A DNA stretch of 64,000 bases from Mobula hypostoma (lineage: Eukaryota): assembly GCF_963921235.1 (NCBI RefSeq), contig NC_086097.1, positions 14,942,001 through 15,006,000 of the forward strand, in the 5' to 3' direction. The notes under the pieces were generated by a model. That model was not told where the DNA came from, did no database searches, and saw only the letters and a program-made list of their open reading frames with translations. The translations under genes and the position numbers were made by a program. Below are positions 62,073 to 64,000 of the stretch, in pieces. Within the stretch, counting starts at the first letter, position 1; every line of letters begins with the position of its first letter.

Positions 62073-62850
62073 AAGATTCAAGATTCAAAAAACTTTATTG
62101 TCATTCTAACCATACATCAGCTCTGCAGGGCAGAATGAGACAGCGTTCCTTGGGGCAGTGCAATCATAACATAACAAACGCGATACTAAATAGTAAACAT
62201 AACAATAAATAATAAAACACAACAGCCAGATGTCACTTAAATCAGTTATAAGTGTCCAGTGCAAGTTAAAAGTGTCCAAAGCAGAGTCAGGTGGAGCAGC
62301 TATTTAGCAGTCTGACTGCCTGTGGGAGGAAGCTGTTTAGTAGCCTTGTGGTTTTAGTTTTGATGCTCCTGTAACGTTTGCCTGATGGCAGAAGAACAAA
62401 CAATTCATGGAGAGGGTGTGAGGGGTCTTTAATGATGTACCGTGTCTTCTGGAGGCATCGACTCTGAAAGAGGTCTTGGACAGAAGGTAGGGAGACCCCA
62501 ATAACTTTCTCTGCTCCCCTAACCACCCTCTGCAAGGCTTTTTTGTCGACAGCACTGCAGCTGGAGTACCAGGTTGTGATGCAAAAGGTCAGCACACTCT
62601 CAACCACGCCTCTGTAGAATGTAGTTAAGATGGGAGTGATGCTTGTTTAAGCTTCCTCAGAAAGTACAATCTCTGCTGGGCCCATTTCACAATCCCAGTG
62701 GTATTCCTGGACCAGTTGAGGTTGTCCGAGATCTGCACCCCAAGGAACTTAATGTTTTCCACTCTCTCCACTGTGGAGCCGCTGATGCTGAGGGGTGTGT
62801 GCTCAGGCTGAGACCGTCTGAAATCCGACGATCATCTCCTTGGTTTTTTT
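62073..62850 (-). mobile_element. Rex1/Babar-type LINE 3' part
   Basis: ORF 62287..62607 VESVLTFCITTWY...DKKALQRVVR...HPLHELFVLLPSGKRYRS...NSFLPQAVRLLN. Confidence 0.88.
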
Positions 62851-62941
62851 GAGTTCAGCACAAGAGTGTGAGATGTAGGACCTGTTCTTGCACTGTACTA
62901 TTTTAAGTTTTAAAACATGTAACAAAATTTTAGAAATGTGA

Positions 62942-63090
62942 CACAGACAACAGAAAATCTGCAGATGCTGGAAATCAAAATAATACACACAAAATGCTGG
63001 AGGAACTCAGCAGGCCAGGCAGCATCTACGGAAAAGAGCAAACAGCTGATGTTTTGGGCCAAGACCCTTCATCAGGACTGAGAAGGAAAG
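62942..63090 (-). mobile_element. Penelope-like terminal fragment with hammerhead motif (63043-63080)
   Basis: Minus strand CAGTC CTGATGA AGGGTCTTGGCCC AAAAC ATC AGCTG plus tail. Confidence 0.75.
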
Positions 63091-63767
63091 GGCATTTTAG
63101 CTTTTTATATATATAAAAAAATACAGCATCCCTGTCTAAAATAGCACAGGAGAGAAAATTTGTATAATACATATATTTAAAAACCTGCCTGTCAGGTAAA
63201 GTAGTACAAATCAGAAAGATGAAACACAAATTTATTTTGCTCTCACACCACAAGCTTAAGGAAATAATCCTTATATAGTTGAAATTGATTTAAGAAATGG
63301 GAATTATAAATCATGAGAATGTTTGTAAGGAATAAACTTTGCTCACATTAAGTTGAGCAATGTTTTGTTTTGGAAGATGAGATATTGTTGCACATTAAAC
63401 ACAAACGTTCCACTTACTGCAAAGAAGATCTAACCTTTTAACAGACCCAGATTTACTTGTTGCTAAATAAAGACTGGCTGAGATCACTGTATTCACAGTG
63501 TCAAATTGCAGCATCAGAATACCTACCATTTTAAGATAGCTGTGCATATGTAAAATTAGCTGGAATGCAAGGTATGTGGGTAGTCAATGGATTAAACAAA
63601 TATATGTGTTAAAGCTGCATGCCACAAAATAATGCAGAAGGCAAATGTAAACATTACTTATTGCTCATCTTATTTTTAAATTGTTAAGCTACAAATAGGC
63701 ACTGAATTCTAGGATTTTAAAAAACCTACCGCAGATAAGCACGTGCACACTGCTGAGACACTGTATT

Positions 63768-64000
63768 ACACATCAAAGTTGCTGGTGAACGCAGCAGGCC
63801 AGGCAGCATCTCTAGGAAGAGGTACAGTCGATGTTTCAGGCCGAGACCCTTCGTCAGGACTAACTGAAGGAAGAGTTAGTAAGAGATTTGAAAGTGGGAG
63901 GGGGAGGGGGAAGAGGGAGATCCAAAATGATAGGAGAAGACAGGAGGGGGAAGGATGGAGCCAAGAGCTGGACAGGTGATTGGCAAAGGGGATATGAGAG
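63768..64000 (-). mobile_element. Young Penelope-like fragment (runs off the right edge)
   Basis: Near-identical to 50398-50637. Purine-rich on +, pyrimidine-rich on the element's sense strand. Confidence 0.8.
63825..63862 (-). ncRNA. Minimal type I hammerhead ribozyme motif (best-preserved copy)
   Basis: UAGUC-CUGACGA-AGGGUCUCGGCCU-GAAAC-AUC-GACUG: stem I (UAGUC/GACUG), intact CUGANGA and GAAA boxes, stem II hairpin, NUH triplet. Activity untested. Confidence 0.6.

Noticed and set aside
52892..64000. Upstream SETD3 exon (GLSVTFDGKREDYF...ATRDIK-like)
   Set aside because: Not found by eye on the minus strand, so presumably beyond the window. A TBLASTN would settle it.
1..64000. CRISPR array, operon or other prokaryotic system
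   Set aside because: No regularly spaced repeat-spacer array or gene-dense region. The content is spliceosomal exons and vertebrate transposons.

Overview
Vertebrate nuclear DNA, AT-rich, CpG-depleted and very repeat-dense. The repeat mix (CR1, Rex1/Babar, Penelope-like, V-SINE) suggests a cartilaginous fish, probably a ray; this is inference only. The only host coding sequence I can support is two consecutive internal minus-strand exons of SETD3 (52819-52891 and 48131-48387). I could not find the flanking SETD3 exons, so the rest of the window is read as SETD3 intron, including a >=48 kb intron running off the left edge. Almost all ORFs in the ORF track are transposon debris or noise. Most notable observations: (1) a dispersed Penelope-like repeat family carrying a minimal hammerhead ribozyme motif, several copies inserted as head-to-head inverted pairs with ~14-bp target-site duplications (TSDs), one a perfect 77-bp palindrome; (2) a retroposed chimera with an initiator-tRNA-Met head, an unidentified body and a poly(A) tail, inserted with a 10-bp TSD into a Tc1 fossil; (3) a ~200-bp inverted duplication made of a CR1 tail plus unique flank; (4) a Hero-type LINE 3' end with a hammerhead-like motif in its UTR. 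No prokaryotic-type system or CRISPR array is seen. Repeat boundaries were read by eye and are approximate unless a TSD is quoted.
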